Assembly (NCBI RefSeq): GCF_001194135.2
Contig: NC_068994.1
Location: forward strand, 41,230,814-41,294,813
Direction: 5' to 3'
Source: Octopus bimaculoides
Lineage: Eukaryota
DNA: 64,000 nt
In this document: one piece after another, positions 50,148-63,756 of the stretch
Layout: every line of letters begins with the position of its first letter
Position numbering within the stretch: the first letter of the stretch is position 1
Notes under the pieces: model-generated
Database searches by the model: none
The model's input: the letters and a program-made list of their open reading frames with translations, nothing else
What the model was told of the DNA's origin: nothing
Made by a program: the position numbers and the translations under genes

Positions 50148-50200
50148 TCCAACCCATGCTAGCATGGAAAGCGGACGTTAAACGATGATGATGATGATGA
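50148..50200 (+). mobile_element. Family D 53-bp 3' stub inside a TA-rich tract
   Basis: Exact match to the 3' end of 41108-41336. Confidence 0.9.
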
Positions 50201-51251
50201 TATATATGTATATATTTATTTATATATATATAAGTATAGATATGGATATAAAAATGTATATATGTATGAATTCATATATATATGTATACACATGCACATA
50301 TACCATGTAAATAAAAGTTATAACTATCAATCTATCATTCCATCTCACTCCATATATCTCTGCATGTTTGTGTGTACGTGTGTGTTTATGTATGTGTATG
50401 TTTTTATGTAAATGTATATAGGTAATAAATGATTGAAGCATCTCATTTTATAGCCATTGCGATTGGGAAAAGCTTTTCTTCCCCTTTTCTAATCATCTCT
50501 CAAGAACTCCTGAACAGTCAGTTTGCTTTTAAAATCTACTTTGCCAACCATGAAGTTTTATCTACTTTTTATTTGCCATCCTTTCATACTGAGAAAAATT
50601 CTTCCTTGTTTTTTTTTGGTTTTTGTTTTCTGCATTGTTTTTTGTTTTATATTAATACTTCCTTCCCTATTATGACTTTTGTATGTGTGTGTTTTTGTTG
50701 TTTTAACATTATTTTTTTTTTTTTTTTTTTCACAGTTTTTGTGCCATTAAAGATCACTTTTTCGTTACTTTACCAGTAAAATGCTGGATCTGTCTGCTGA
50801 ACGAATTCATTACAGATGTTATTCTAATAATAATAGTAATAATAATAATAACAATAACAAAAATAATAACGATTTCATTTATTTGCCAATAATAATAATA
50901 ATAATAATAATAACAATAATAATAATAGTAATAATAATAATAATTTATTAATGGTTTGGTTGTGTTGTTGATGCAATCCATTTATTTCTTTTCTTGAATA
51001 TTAATGACATCAGGCACGTATCATTGCAACGCTTGGTTTTCATCCAAAGAGATGATATAAAATTTTCTTCCCACTTACATTTTCAAGCTGCAGTTGTCAA
51101 AGAACATAAGAAAATCCTGTCTTTTTTTTTTTTTTTTCAAGTTTTCAACAGAAAGGGCATTTATTACAACAAGCAAGTTTTATTTGGGTTAACTTTGAGT
51201 GTGCCTAATTAATTAGCAAAGGAATGAAAGATGCTTCAACATCAATCATCT

Positions 51252-51294
<43 letters not shown>

Positions 51295-52838
51295 CACTGT
51301 GATTTGTCGAGTAATAAATTTTGAAAGTTTAGGAGTGAACAAAAACCTTGAGTCCCTAAGAAATTAGTGCTGATCTGTATCAACAAAAGTCAGCTAATGA
51401 AAATCTCAGAATTGAATAAGTTCGTGTGTTGTGAGGAAAAAAAGAATTGTAATGTAAATTTTGAAATCTGAGGAAATTTGTAAGGGGCTGTGGCAACGGG
51501 AATAAATCTTTTTCTCTCCACTGTTAAAAAGAAATAGCCAAAAATGATAGATTTCTTATTCCTCTATAACATTCAATCTATTTGACATGCAACAAATTCT
51601 TTTCTTGAATCCTAATGTTTTTGAAGAAAGCTCTTCTTTAAAAATAGGGCATTATGTGAAATGCTATAATTCACTTCTGATGGCAAACTCATGTATGAGA
51701 ATGGGAACAGCATGCTGGTGTCCTTAGATGATTGCAGGGAAAGTGAACTGACTGGATGACATTATGAGAGAAAGTGACGCCAAATTGGCTGTCTGCCTAA
51801 AAAATTTGGGGTGGCATTTCAACAGAAATCTATTATTTTTTTTATGAAATAAAAAAAAAAAATTCTCATGGATTTTGTCCAGAAAAATTGCTGAAGCTTA
51901 CACTTTATCTTTATATGACAGGACATCCAGTGGCAGAGGTGCATAGATTTAACACTATCATTTGATAGATTTAGCGACACAAATCCTAAAGAAAGACACT
52001 GGAAAAGTACTAAGGCCTGCAGTAATTAAAATATTGTAGTGACCAAAATCCCAGAGAAAAGCACTAGTAAACTACCAAGGCCTGCTGTAATTAAGGAGAA
52101 ATTTTGCTTTCATACAGAAAAAAAAGAGTGTATTTACAAATTATTGGTTTCTGATATAGGTACAGGGAAAGCAATTGTGATGGGAGGTGTTTGTTGATAA
52201 CATTTAGCCTTGCCCTTAATTGGCACTTTATTTTAACATCTCTGAAAGGATGAAAGGCAAACCTGATACAGGTGGGATTTAAACTTAGAGTGCAAAAATC
52301 TTAGAACAAATATTGCAAAGTTTTTTATTTCCAATGTCTTAATTCTTTCAAGACCTAACAACTGCTGGAACCTGTAAAAGAATAACATACATCTAAAACA
52401 AAAACTGCTACATCTATAACTACATCAGCAGTAGCATTAGCATTGATGGTAATAAAGTATTTTTACCAAAGTGAAAGATCAATTTTCATATTTATGTTGG
52501 TGTCAATATATTTGATAGAAGGGAGATTTAAAAAGCTAAGTTATATGGTGAAAACAATAAAGTACAATATTAGCTATTAATCATATCATTCTAATTATTT
52601 TGACAAACATGGTTGACATATTTCTGTCTTATTATGACCTCATCTATGAAGCAAAAGCTTCAACATAGTACATACAGGCTGAGAGACTACAAAGTGATTC
52701 ACCCTGTTGTTGCTATTTGTCCCTCAGTCAATTCTGATGGAACAAACATATGAAAGAAATACCTGCCATGATTAACACTTCCATTCTTATATTAAAAAGA
52801 CACGATATACCCATTCAGTGGGATTAAACCTGAAATTA

Positions 52839-52882
<44 letters not shown>

Positions 52883-52892
52883 NNNNNNNNNN

Positions 52893-52930
<38 letters not shown>

Positions 52931-52960
52931 GAGAAAGGGAGAGAGAGAGATACGTCTGTC

Positions 52961-53345
52961 CTTTATCATCTACTTGTTTCAGTCAATGGACTGTGGCCAA
53001 GCTGGGGCACCACCTTCAAGACTACAGAACTGATATTTTTTCAAAATCTTGGTGTTTATTTTGTCAGTCTCTTTTTCCCAAACCACTAAGTTACAGGGCT
53101 CAAACAAACCTACACTGCTTATCAAGTCATAGTCAGTGTCAAACAGAAACCACAGTCTCTCCTCCCCACTACTTATATATACATATAATGGGCTTCTTTC
53201 AATTTCTATCCAGAAAATCCTCGCACAATGCTTTGCTCAGCCGAGGGCTATTTTAGAAGATACTTGCCCAGAGTGCCACACAGTGGAACCGAACCAGGAA
53301 CCATGTGGTTTGGAAGCAAACTTTTTACCACACAGCCATGCCCAT
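52961..53345 (-). mobile_element. SINE family B
   Basis: From tail tacttgtttcagtcaatggactgtggcc to head ttaccacacagccatgccc. Confidence 0.85.
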
Positions 53346-53403
53346 ATATACATGTGTGTGTCTGAGCATACATATATATGTGTGTATATATGTGTATATA
53401 TAC

Positions 53404-53453
<50 letters not shown>

Positions 53454-54499
53454 NNNNNNNNNNNNNNNNNNNNNNNNNNNNNNNNNNNNNNNNNNNNNNN
53501 NNNNNNNNNNNNNNNNNNNNNNNNNNNNNNNNNNNNNNNNNNNNNNNNNNNNNNNNNNNNNNNNNNNNNNNNNNNNNNNNNNNNNNNNNNNNNNNNNNNN
53601 NNNNNNNNNNNNNNNNNNNNNNNNNNNNNNNNNNNNNNNNNNNNNNNNNNNNNNNNNNNNNNNNNNNNNNNNNNNNNNNNNNNNNNNNNNNNNNNNNNNN
53701 NNNNNNNNNNNNNNNNNNNNNNNNNNNNNNNNNNNNNNNNNNNNNNNNNNNNNNNNNNNNNNNNNNNNNNNNNNNNNNNNNNNNNNNNNNNNNNNNNNNN
53801 NNNNNNNNNNNNNNNNNNNNNNNNNNNNNNNNNNNNNNNNNNNNNNNNNNNNNNNNNNNNNNNNNNNNNNNNNNNNNNNNNNNNNNNNNNNNNNNNNNNN
53901 NNNNNNNNNNNNNNNNNNNNNNNNNNNNNNNNNNNNNNNNNNNNNNNNNNNNNNNNNNNNNNNNNNNNNNNNNNNNNNNNNNNNNNNNNNNNNNNNNNNN
54001 NNNNNNNNNNNNNNNNNNNNNNNNNNNNNNNNNNNNNNNNNNNNNNNNNNNNNNNNNNNNNNNNNNNNNNNNNNNNNNNNNNNNNNNNNNNNNNNNNNNN
54101 NNNNNNNNNNNNNNNNNNNNNNNNNNNNNNNNNNNNNNNNNNNNNNNNNNNNNNNNNNNNNNNNNNNNNNNNNNNNNNNNNNNNNNNNNNNNNNNNNNNN
54201 NNNNNNNNNNNNNNNNNNNNNNNNNNNNNNNNNNNNNNNNNNNNNNNNNNNNNNNNNNNNNNNNNNNNNNNNNNNNNNNNNNNNNNNNNNNNNNNNNNNN
54301 NNNNNNNNNNNNNNNNNNNNNNNNNNNNNNNNNNNNNNNNNNNNNNNNNNNNNNNNNNNNNNNNNNNNNNNNNNNNNNNNNNNNNNNNNNNNNNNNGAAC
54401 AAAGCTCTGTAGCTGCCTGTCAAAAAGGTGTGTGTAGTTAAAACATCAATCTAGCTATGAGTTTGATCACTACTGAAGGAGAAATAGCAGTGTTTCACA

Positions 54500-54828
54500 C
54501 ATGATTTGCACACATCAACTGTCTCTTTTGAGTTTTTCTATCAACTCTCACCACCATACATTCCTCTCTCTCTCTCTCTCTCCCCACCACTACCCCCTAC
54601 AACCTTGTATTTCTACTCATGCATCTTCTTATTCCCCGCCTACTTTTCTGTAATATTCTTTCTTTTCCTGTATTCCTTTGTATCTTCCTTTCATTTCGAT
54701 TCTCATACTCTCTTTTATCTCATCCCCTCTCATCTTTATCTTTTATTTTCCTCCTGTTTTTCCCATCTTTTTACAAACTCAATCATAATTCTTAGTATCT
54801 CTTTTCTATTCCCTCCTCTCACTCCCTC

Positions 54829-54884
<56 letters not shown>

Positions 54885-55733
54885 ACCCTCCCTCTCTCTC
54901 TTTGTGTTTCCTTTGTTCTTTTCTTCTTTCCTTTCATCTCCATTTTTAAAAAAAAAACTTTTTTATTCATTCTCTTTACTTTATTCACAACCCAGTTATG
55001 AGAACTATCTACCTGGTCATTTGATTGGCTAGAAATAACAGCCAACTTTCAAATATCCCTCTCTTCCATCTTGAAAAGACAAAAAAACCATCCATGGAAT
55101 ATCATCTGTATACACAATTTAAATAAGCCGGTGATCAAAGATGGAATATTTTTAACCCTAGTGCTGCCTAGTCAGAGCTAACTTAGGGTTAAACAGCAAA
55201 AACAACCCTTTCACTCATTTTCTTTCCTCCAGCTCCCACTCCTTCTACATTCAGCTTTCAAACTTCTATTTTCCTCCCTCTTCTACTCTTCCTTTCCCTT
55301 TACTGTCACAGTCAATTTCTTTTCATTTTATTCTTCCCTACTTTCTCAATCCTAAGATTTCCCTCGACTCCTTTTTTTAAGAAATTCTTTCTCATTTTCT
55401 CTGCTTTCTTTCTTTTTCTTCTCTTACTCTTGCCACTTGCTTGAATCATCTCCTCTCTCTCTACATTTCTTTCACCTGTCATTCCTCTGGCTTGGTACTA
55501 ACACATTGCCTCCTATCCTGTATTAATTACTCTCCTTCCCTTTCCCTCTCTCTCTTTCTCTCTCGCACTCTTTCACACTCTCTTTTCCCTCTTTCTGTTT
55601 TCATGCTTGTTATATATCACTCTTTACCTTCTGTTCTGTTTTGTATACTCTTTCCCTCTCTTTCTCTCTGTTTGTGTCAGTCTTTCAAGTCTTTGTTTTT
55701 CTTTTTCTCTCTTTCTTCACGATTTCCTTTCCC

Positions 55734-55774
<41 letters not shown>

Positions 55775-56400
55775 TCTCTCTGATTACTAAAGCATCTCTC
55801 AACCTTCAACTTTTCTTGTTTACTGCCACTCTCTGCTTCCCATTCTTTCTTACTCAAACTCTCTATCCCCCTCTGTCTACCTCTTCATCTCTCTCTCTCT
55901 CTCTTCATCTCTCTCTTCCTATTACTCATTCAGGCTTTTTTTTCATTCATCTTAATTATCAATCTCATATATTTTAACTGTTTTCTTACTTTTTTCTGTC
56001 TTATATCTATCTATTTATCTTCCATCTCTCTGCTGCACCCCCACACACTCTCTCTCACACACATATGCATACATGCAGACATGCATGCATGCATACATAC
56101 ATACATACATACATACACTTTTGCCTTTATTTTAAAGTCTTTCCTTCATTTTATCTCTTTTGTCATATTATTTATACTTTTATTCCTACTAGCTGTTATT
56201 ATCTCCCATAAAATAAATTCATTCTGATATATCTTTCGGAACAAAACTTTTTTTCTGTTTGATTCATTCACTAGAGAATATTGCCAGAAAATTTCATTCA
56301 TATCTTTCCTTTTAATTTATTTTTTCATCTATTATTTCTTCATTCTTTCTTTCTTTCTTTCTTTTTTTTTTTCATTCTACTCTGTTCTTTTAAAATATTA
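54500..56400. repeat. Long pyrimidine-rich low-complexity tract with (CT)n cores
   Basis: Strong C/T bias on the + strand. Source of the Leu/Ser/Phe-rich ORFs at 54506-54949 and 55441-55977. Confidence 0.75.
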
Positions 56401-56957
56401 TCTAAGGAATCAAATTGCTTTTCTTTGCTTTGGTCCAAAGAATTATCCTTGATGCACCACTCTACACAAATTGAAAAAAAAAAAAAAATTGCTTTCATTT
56501 AAGTTGTCATAATACAACTTTCTTCTTTTGTGTTCTTCTATTTTTTTTTTTTAAATTTGTATACTTGTTTGTAGTTTTGCATTTTTCCTACATTTATCAT
56601 CACCTATCTTCGCAATCATCTTCATCAGTGTCTCTTGCAGAGAATAGCTTCTACTTTTTTGGTTCCTTGAATTCCATTGGAATATTTCCATCTCTGTTTA
56701 GCTAATCAAACACAACACATATGATGATAGCATTCAAACGTTTGGTACTTTTTGGTGGTGCTTTGAAAAGGCAAATGGAAATATTTGTAATAAAAGTGTG
56801 CTCGCGAAAGCACTGTCTTTTAAATAGGAACATATATATAATATTTATGTAATGATATGTATATGCATATATAACACTTATCTGTCTGTCAATATATATA
56901 TGATTTGAATTCTATGCATATATAAGTATGATATGTATACATAAATATATATATATA

Positions 56958-56999
<42 letters not shown>

Positions 57000-57449
57000 A
57001 ATGTGTGTGTTTGTGTATGATATATATATGTATGTATGTTTGTATATGTGTGTATGCACGTGTGTGCAATGGGAGTATGTGTGTGTATACACAAACACAT
57101 TTATGTACATCTATCTACATAAATATACCTATAAATATATATATTTATATATACATATATGCACATATGTCTGAGTGTTTGTATGTATGTGCATCATATG
57201 TATAAAATCATTTTGCTTTTGCTTTCCCATGGTAACATGAGTTGAACAAGTCATTATAGCTTGAGTCAAATCTTATTTCTTTTCCACATTCCATTTTTGA
57301 TATTGCCTCTACAACTAGATGCCCTTTCTGTTGCTACCCACTTTACAGACAGTACTAAGTGTAGATGTTATCACAAAACCAACACAAGGGTTTCTCTCAT
57401 CTTCAACAATATTTCCATTTATTTGTTCCTTTTCTTCCTTCAGAGCTGA

Positions 57450-58140
57450 GTAGGAGGAGTGACAGAGGTATGGTAGAAGAGTAAAATAATAGATTTAGAG
57501 TGATAAATGCAAGAAGGAAATATAAGAAAAAGAAAGAGTGAGAGAGAGAGAGAGGAGGGGAGAGAGTAATAGAAGAATGAAGGAAGAAGTGACATGCAGC
57601 TATATGAGGGTAGTTGGTAAAGATATTGGATAGAAGCATTCCGACTGACTGGGATAGTGAAGGGAAAGTGAATGATGACAACAAAGCAGAGTTAGAGGAA
57701 AGATAGAAAAGAAATAGAAGTAAACCAGAGTAACACTAGTAAAAAAAAGATTAAGGTAAAAGTAATGGCAGTGGGAGAGAGAAAGATGGGACGGGGGAGA
57801 CATCCCCCTGATAATTGTTACCAAATAGTTTGAATAGAAAACTCATTAGCCTTATGGTGGGAGAAGAGAGAGAGTGAGACTCATCAGAGGGAAAATAGCT
57901 AAAAGTTGTGGGAATAATGAGAATGAGAAAGTGATGAGAGAGAGGAGTGTTGGGTGTTAATAATGAGTGAGAGAGGAGGAGGGAATAATTTGAGTAAGTG
58001 TGATGGAAAGCCATCATGATGGCTAAGACAATGGTATGCAACTGGGAGTGATTGATGTTAATAATGAGTGATACAGGATTAATTAATGAGAAAGGTAGGG
58101 AAGGGAAGAGAGAGGGAGAGAGAGTAAGGGCTAGCAAGAG
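57450..58140. repeat. Purine-rich low-complexity tract with (GA)n cores
   Basis: Strong G/A bias on the + strand. Confidence 0.7.
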
Positions 58141-58233
58141 TTGAACAAGGCATAGCACAAAGCCAGCATTAACTAATACCCTATGGGTCAATTTGGAAAA
58201 TGGAAACTGTGTGGAAGCTTGTCATACATCCAT

Positions 58234-59306
58234 GTGTGTGTGTGTGTGTGTATGCATGTGTGTATATGTGAGTGTGTCTGTGTTTTTTGGATTGTCCCCC
58301 ACTCCATCCTTTGGCAACCAGTGTTGATTTGCTTACATCCCCATNNNNNNNNNNNNNNNNNNNNNNNNNNNNNNNNNNNNNNNNNNNNNNNNNNNNNNNN
58401 NNNNNNNNNNNNNNNNNNNNNNNNNNNNNNNNNNNNNNNNNNNNNNNNNNNNNNNNNNNNNNNNNNNNNNNNNNNNNNNNNNNNNNNNNNNNNNNNNNNN
58501 NNNNNNNNNNNNNNNNNNNNNNNNNNNNNNNNNNNNNNNNNNNNNNNNNNNNNNNNNNNNNNNNNNNNNNNNNNNNNNNNNNNNNNNNNNNNNNNNNNNN
58601 NNNNNNNNNNNNNNNNNNNNNNNNNNNNNNNNNNNNNNNNNNNNNNNNNNNNNNNNNNNNNNNNNNNNNNNNNNNNNAATCTGTCTGTCTATCAATCTGT
58701 CTGTCTATCAATCTGTCTATCTATCAATCTGTCTGTCTATCAATCTGTCTGTCTATCTATCTGTCTGTCTATCTATCTATATATCTATCTATCTAGCTAT
58801 CTGTCTATCTATCTATTTGTCTATCTATTTGTCTATCTGTCTGTCTGTCTGTCTGTTTGTCTATCTGTCTATCTGACTATCTATATATCCATCCATCTAT
58901 TTGTCTGTCTATCTATCTATCTATCTATCTTTCTATCTATCTATCTTTCTATCATCATCATCAACAACATCCTCCTTTGCCTCCTCCTCATCATCATCAC
59001 CAAGGAATCATGCAGTTTGACTTAACAAAAAATCATGTAATTGGTTATAACTTCTTAATCGCAGAGCCATGCCTGTACCTTAAGTATGCAAAGCAACATG
59101 CCATACACAAGAGTAGTCTNNNNNNNNNNGTGTGTGTGTGTGTGTGTATGCATGTGTGTATATGTGAGTGTGTCTGTGTTTTTTGGATTGTCCCCCACTC
59201 CATCCTTTGGCAACCAGTGTTGATTTGCTTACATCCCCATAAGTGGGAATTCAGCAACAGAAACAAATACAATAAGTATCAGATGTAAAAATATCTAAAC
59301 CCTGGG

Positions 59307-59385
<79 letters not shown>

Positions 59386-59674
59386 GTCTGTCTATCTATC
59401 TGTCTGTCTATCTATCTGTCTGTCTATCTATCTGTCTGTCTATCAATCTGTCTGTCTATCAATCTGTCTGTCTATCAATCTGTCTATCTATCAATCTGTC
59501 TGTCTATCAATCTGTCTGTCTATCTATCTGTCTGTCTATCTATCTATATATCTATCTATCTAGCTATCTGTCTATCTATCTATTTGTCTATCTATTTGTC
59601 TATCTGTCTGTCTGTCTGTCTGTTTGTCTATCTGTCTATCTGACTATCTATATATCCATCCATCTATTTGTCTG

Positions 59675-59705
<31 letters not shown>

Positions 59706-59761
59706 ATCATCATCATCAACAACATCCTCCTTTGCCTCCTCCTCATCATCATCACCAAGGA
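58234..59761. other. Near-identical duplication bounded by N gaps, probable assembly artefact; includes (TCTA/TCTG)n arrays
   Basis: 58234-58344 equals 59130-59240. 58678-59006 equals about 59441-59761. The junctions coincide with N runs. Confidence 0.8.
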
Positions 59762-61099
59762 NNNNNNNNNNNNNNNNNNNNNNNNNNNNNNNNNNNNNNN
59801 NNNNNNNNNNNNNNNNNNNNNNNNNNNNNNNNNNNNNNNNNNNNNNNNNNNNNNNNNNNNNNNNNNNNNNNNNNNNNNNNNNNNNNNNNNNNNNNNNNNN
59901 NNNNNNNNNNNNNNNNNNNNNNNNNNNNNNNNNNNNNNNNNNNNNNNNNNNNNNNNNNNNNNNNNNNNNNNNNNNNNNNNNNNNNNNNNNNNNNNNNNNN
60001 NNNNNNNNNNNNNNNNNNNNNNNNNNNNNNNNNNNNNNNNNNNNNNNNNNNNNNNNNNNNNNNNNNNNNNNNNNNNNNNNNNNNNNNNNNNNNNNNNNNN
60101 NNNNNNNNNNNNNNNNNNNNNNNNNNNNNNNNNNNNNNNNNNNNNNNNNNNNNNNNNNNNNNNNNNNNNNNNNNNNNNNNNNNNNNNNNNNNNNNNNNNN
60201 NNNNNNNNNNNNNNNNNNNNNNNNNNNNNNNNNNNNNNNNNNNNNNNNNNNNNNNNNNNNNNNNNNNNNNNNNNNNNNNNNNNNNNNNNNNNNNNNNNNN
60301 NNNNNNNNNNNNNNNNNNNNNNNNNNNNNNNNNNNNNNNNNNNNNNNNNNNNNNNNNNNNNNNNNNNNNNNNNNNNNNNNNNNNNNNNNNNNNNNNNNNN
60401 NNNNNNNNNNNNNNNNNNNNNNNNNNNNNNNNTATATATATATATATATATGTATAAATAGGTTAGTATTGGCAAAGGTGCTATATGTAACAGTGATGGC
60501 TGTTTGATAATGCCAATGATGAAGATTGAGATATATATTTACAAATATATTTTTTATTCATATTTCTCTTCCCATATCTAATTCCATCACTGTCTATGTA
60601 TAGTTTGTGTGCATGCTTGTATGTATGTGTATGCCTTTGTGTGTGTGTGCGTGTGTGTGTGTATGTGTGTGCTTATCTTCCTTCAATCATGAAACAGCAT
60701 CGTTTTGTGAAAAATAATGATACAAACTGGGGACGCTTTTAAAGTGTAAACACCACCTGGTTTCAATTCTCGGTTGAAACCATTCCAATATTATGATAGT
60801 CTTAATGTTCTCGGAAAAATCTTAGCATCAGAAAACCTTATCTTTCTTCGCCCTGTGCCTAGTCAAAACAAATATCTCGGAGAGTCACATATAGAAAGAA
60901 ATTATCAGATTATCAGTTATCAGGATATCTCTGCAGAAATATATTTTATTTATCATATATAATTGATATGTGAGTCTGTGTATATGGACACCGACACATA
61001 CACACACACACACAAACATGCATGCACACACATATATGGATGGTTGGATGAATGGATGGCTTGAAATATAAATATGTGTGTGTGTGTGTGTGTGTGTGT

Positions 61100-61335
61100 G
61101 TATCATCATCATCCTCAACATCATCATCATCACCATCTTCATTATTTTAATGCCATTTTTCCATGCAGCATAGGTAAGATGTAGTTCATCAAAGCACATG
61201 CTCTACATCTGAATGCCCTTCTTGTCACCAATTCTCACTCACTTCTGGGCAAGATTATATTTCCTCATAATCAGACAAGTACTCATGGAAGGTTAGAAAC
61301 CAATGACACTGCTTGTATCATAATAACACTCATTT
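61100..61335 (-). mobile_element. Family D decayed reverse copy
   Basis: (CAT)n tract, then tttaatgccatttttccatgc...ctgaatgcccttcttgtcaccaa. Confidence 0.6.
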
Positions 61336-61679
61336 GAATCTATCACACAATGTCGGAATGAGGAAGCAGCATGAGCACATAGATATTCATATCTTTACAT
61401 ATATATATATATACAAATATATATATATATATATGCATATAGATAACATATATGTGATAGGGAAAATGATGCTCTAGATTGGAACAAGTGGAGAGGTGCT
61501 GTTAGGACTGGTTGCAATGCCTAGGAGGAAAAGATGATTCAGCACTCTGAGCTTAAAAGGGCCTGTCATAAAGGAATAATTTGAACTGTAATCAACAGTG
61601 AACATTGGATATGTATTATATGTGACCATGTTCTGTTGTTAAAAGCAGGATACGTAAACCATATTAAGTCACATGAAAA

Positions 61680-62035
61680 TTGGACAAAATGCTTAGTGAC
61701 ATTACATTCTGAGTTCAAATTCTGCTGAAGTCAACTTTACCTTTCATCCCTTTCTGGGTCAATGAAATAAGAACCAGTTGAGTACTGGGGTTGATGTACT
61801 ATATTTTAACGTGCATAAACAGCCCTCATGCATAAAGAGTTCCCTAATTTTGGGGCTTAAAATTTGGAAAAAAAGGTTTTGTAAGGGATTATAAGGAATT
61901 ATCCATATATAAGAAACTCCCATATTTTATAACCTAAATTTTGACAAGAAAGGGTTCCTTATACATGTAAAAATGATGTAAATTGACCGAGGTCCTCCCC
62001 TAACATTGCTGGCCTTGTACCAAAATTTGAAACTA
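61680..62035 (+). mobile_element. SINE family A split by a MITE
   Basis: The 5' part ends ggggttgatgta (61798). The 3' part resumes ta-aattgacc...gctggccttgtaccaaaatttgaaac. Confidence 0.8.
61799..61978. mobile_element. 180-bp Tc1/mariner-superfamily (pogo/Tigger-like) MITE with TA TSD
   Basis: TA at 61797-61798 and 61979-61980 duplicates the single TA of the SINE consensus. Imperfect TIR attttaacgtgcataa / ttatacatgtaaaaat (13/16). Confidence 0.7.
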
Positions 62036-62178
62036 TTATGTCTATTTTCAAATCTCAGAGATCACTACCATTCTGCAATGTTCTATAATTTCAGATCATG
62101 TGGAACATAGCATATAAACAACTCAATGAAATGGAAACACAAAGTAAATATAATATGACTACTCATTACATCCTTTAA

Positions 62179-62398
62179 CTCTTTAGTATTCAGATTACTC
62201 AATCAAACTTAATACTTATTAATTCACATAGTTTTGAATTAATCATGCATTATCTTGTAGTTTTGAGATTTCAGTGAGATGATTGTATATCTTTAGAATG
62301 ACATTGTAAGGTAGGTGTAAGAGGCTAGGTTCTGACAGTTTGAAAATTAAACAGGTAGACTGTCTTGGCTGGATATGGCTGCTTTAAATGCTAAAGAA
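62179..62398 (+). mobile_element. 220-bp TTAA-flanked (piggyBac-type) MITE
   Basis: TTAA at 62175-62178 and 62399-62402. Termini ctctttagta / tgctaaagaa are imperfect inverted repeats. A second copy lies at 26283-26498. Confidence 0.75.
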
Positions 62399-63516
62399 TT
62401 AATGTTCTGGGCCCCAAATCATACCAAGATTGATTTTACTTCTCATTCTTTCAAGCTGATAAAATAAGTGCCATTCAAGCACTGAGGATGAGGTAGTCAA
62501 CTCTTTTCTTCCACCAAATATGACATCACATGTATATTAGAGGATATTTCAATTTCTGGTATTTTCCTCTCGGAAATTGAACCACTTTCTATAAATTTAC
62601 ATCTTTTCTCTTCTCTCTTCAATTTCTTCTCTTTTAAACAATGAAATTCCATAATTTAAATAGATTTGTTTATTACTAAAATACATGCTCTAAAGATAGA
62701 GTGTTAAGGCATATTATTCTCTGAGAGATTTTCCTCACTGAATAAATAATATCTATGGACAAATGAAATAAACAAAAGTTGTTCTGAAATAAACATTTGA
62801 ATTGTGAGCTGTATTCATTAAACAATGCTGTAGAAAGAAGGAACTGAAACAAAAACATTAGACATAGAAGGAAACTTTGATGATGATATAGTTGCTGGGT
62901 TAAACATCGAGATAATAAACTAGTTGGCAAATATCAAAAGTTTCAGCCTGAAGCTGAGTAAAATCTCTACAGAAATATTATGAGGTAGAAGAGGTGGTGC
63001 CCTTAACTTGTGATAAATCATCAAGCACCACTCCTGCAACTGATTTCTATTTCCTCTCTTCCTTCTCTTCCTTCTCCTCTTACTGCTACCCAATTAAATT
63101 TCATCGTTGAAAAGCGTGTCAATATATGTGATTGTGGTAGTTTAAGATAAAGGTAGTGGCTTCTAACATTCCACACCAACAAGGAAATGATACTGCCAAG
63201 AGATTATTTCCAGTGAGATAATGATGCACTTTTAATCTTAACTGTTTAATCAAGAGTGAAGAGAATTAATCCAATCAAATACTTTAATGCTACAACTGAT
63301 TCCAAATTCTTCGAGGGCTTTCTTGTTAACTGTGACAATGTTTACCATGTCATTTCATATCATATTAAACAGTTATTCTTGTATTAAATAAGTTTAATGG
63401 TAAATGAGAATTGTTCACAAGATATTGTAGAACCTAAAGCAAAGCAACAGAGCTTCTCTCTCTTTATCTCTCCCTGACTATCTCTCTCTATTTATCTATC
63501 AATCTGTGTCTCCCTG

Positions 63517-63519
<3 letters not shown>

Positions 63520-63595
<76 letters not shown>

Positions 63596-63637
63596 GTCTA
63601 TATCTGTCTCTGTTTCTTTATCTCTATCTGTCTGTCA

Positions 63638-63676
<39 letters not shown>

Positions 63677-63709
63677 AGTATGTCTGTCTGCCTGCCTGCC
63701 ACCACCTCC

Positions 63710-63755
<46 letters not shown>
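63520..63755. repeat. (CT)n and (CTGT)n microsatellite block
   Basis: Directly visible. Confidence 0.9.

Positions 63756-63756
<1 letters not shown>

Noticed and set aside
53136-54441. Longest ORFs in the track (344-433 aa; also 58181-59025 and 59624-60507)
   Set aside because: Made almost entirely of N-gap codons and TA repeats.
58234-59761. Recent segmental tandem duplication
   Set aside because: Breakpoints coincide with N gaps and the copies are near-identical. More likely an unmerged overlap or haplotype.
60690-60962. CpG-bearing segment with a 62-aa ORF
   Set aside because: No consistent splice sites or recognisable motif on either strand.
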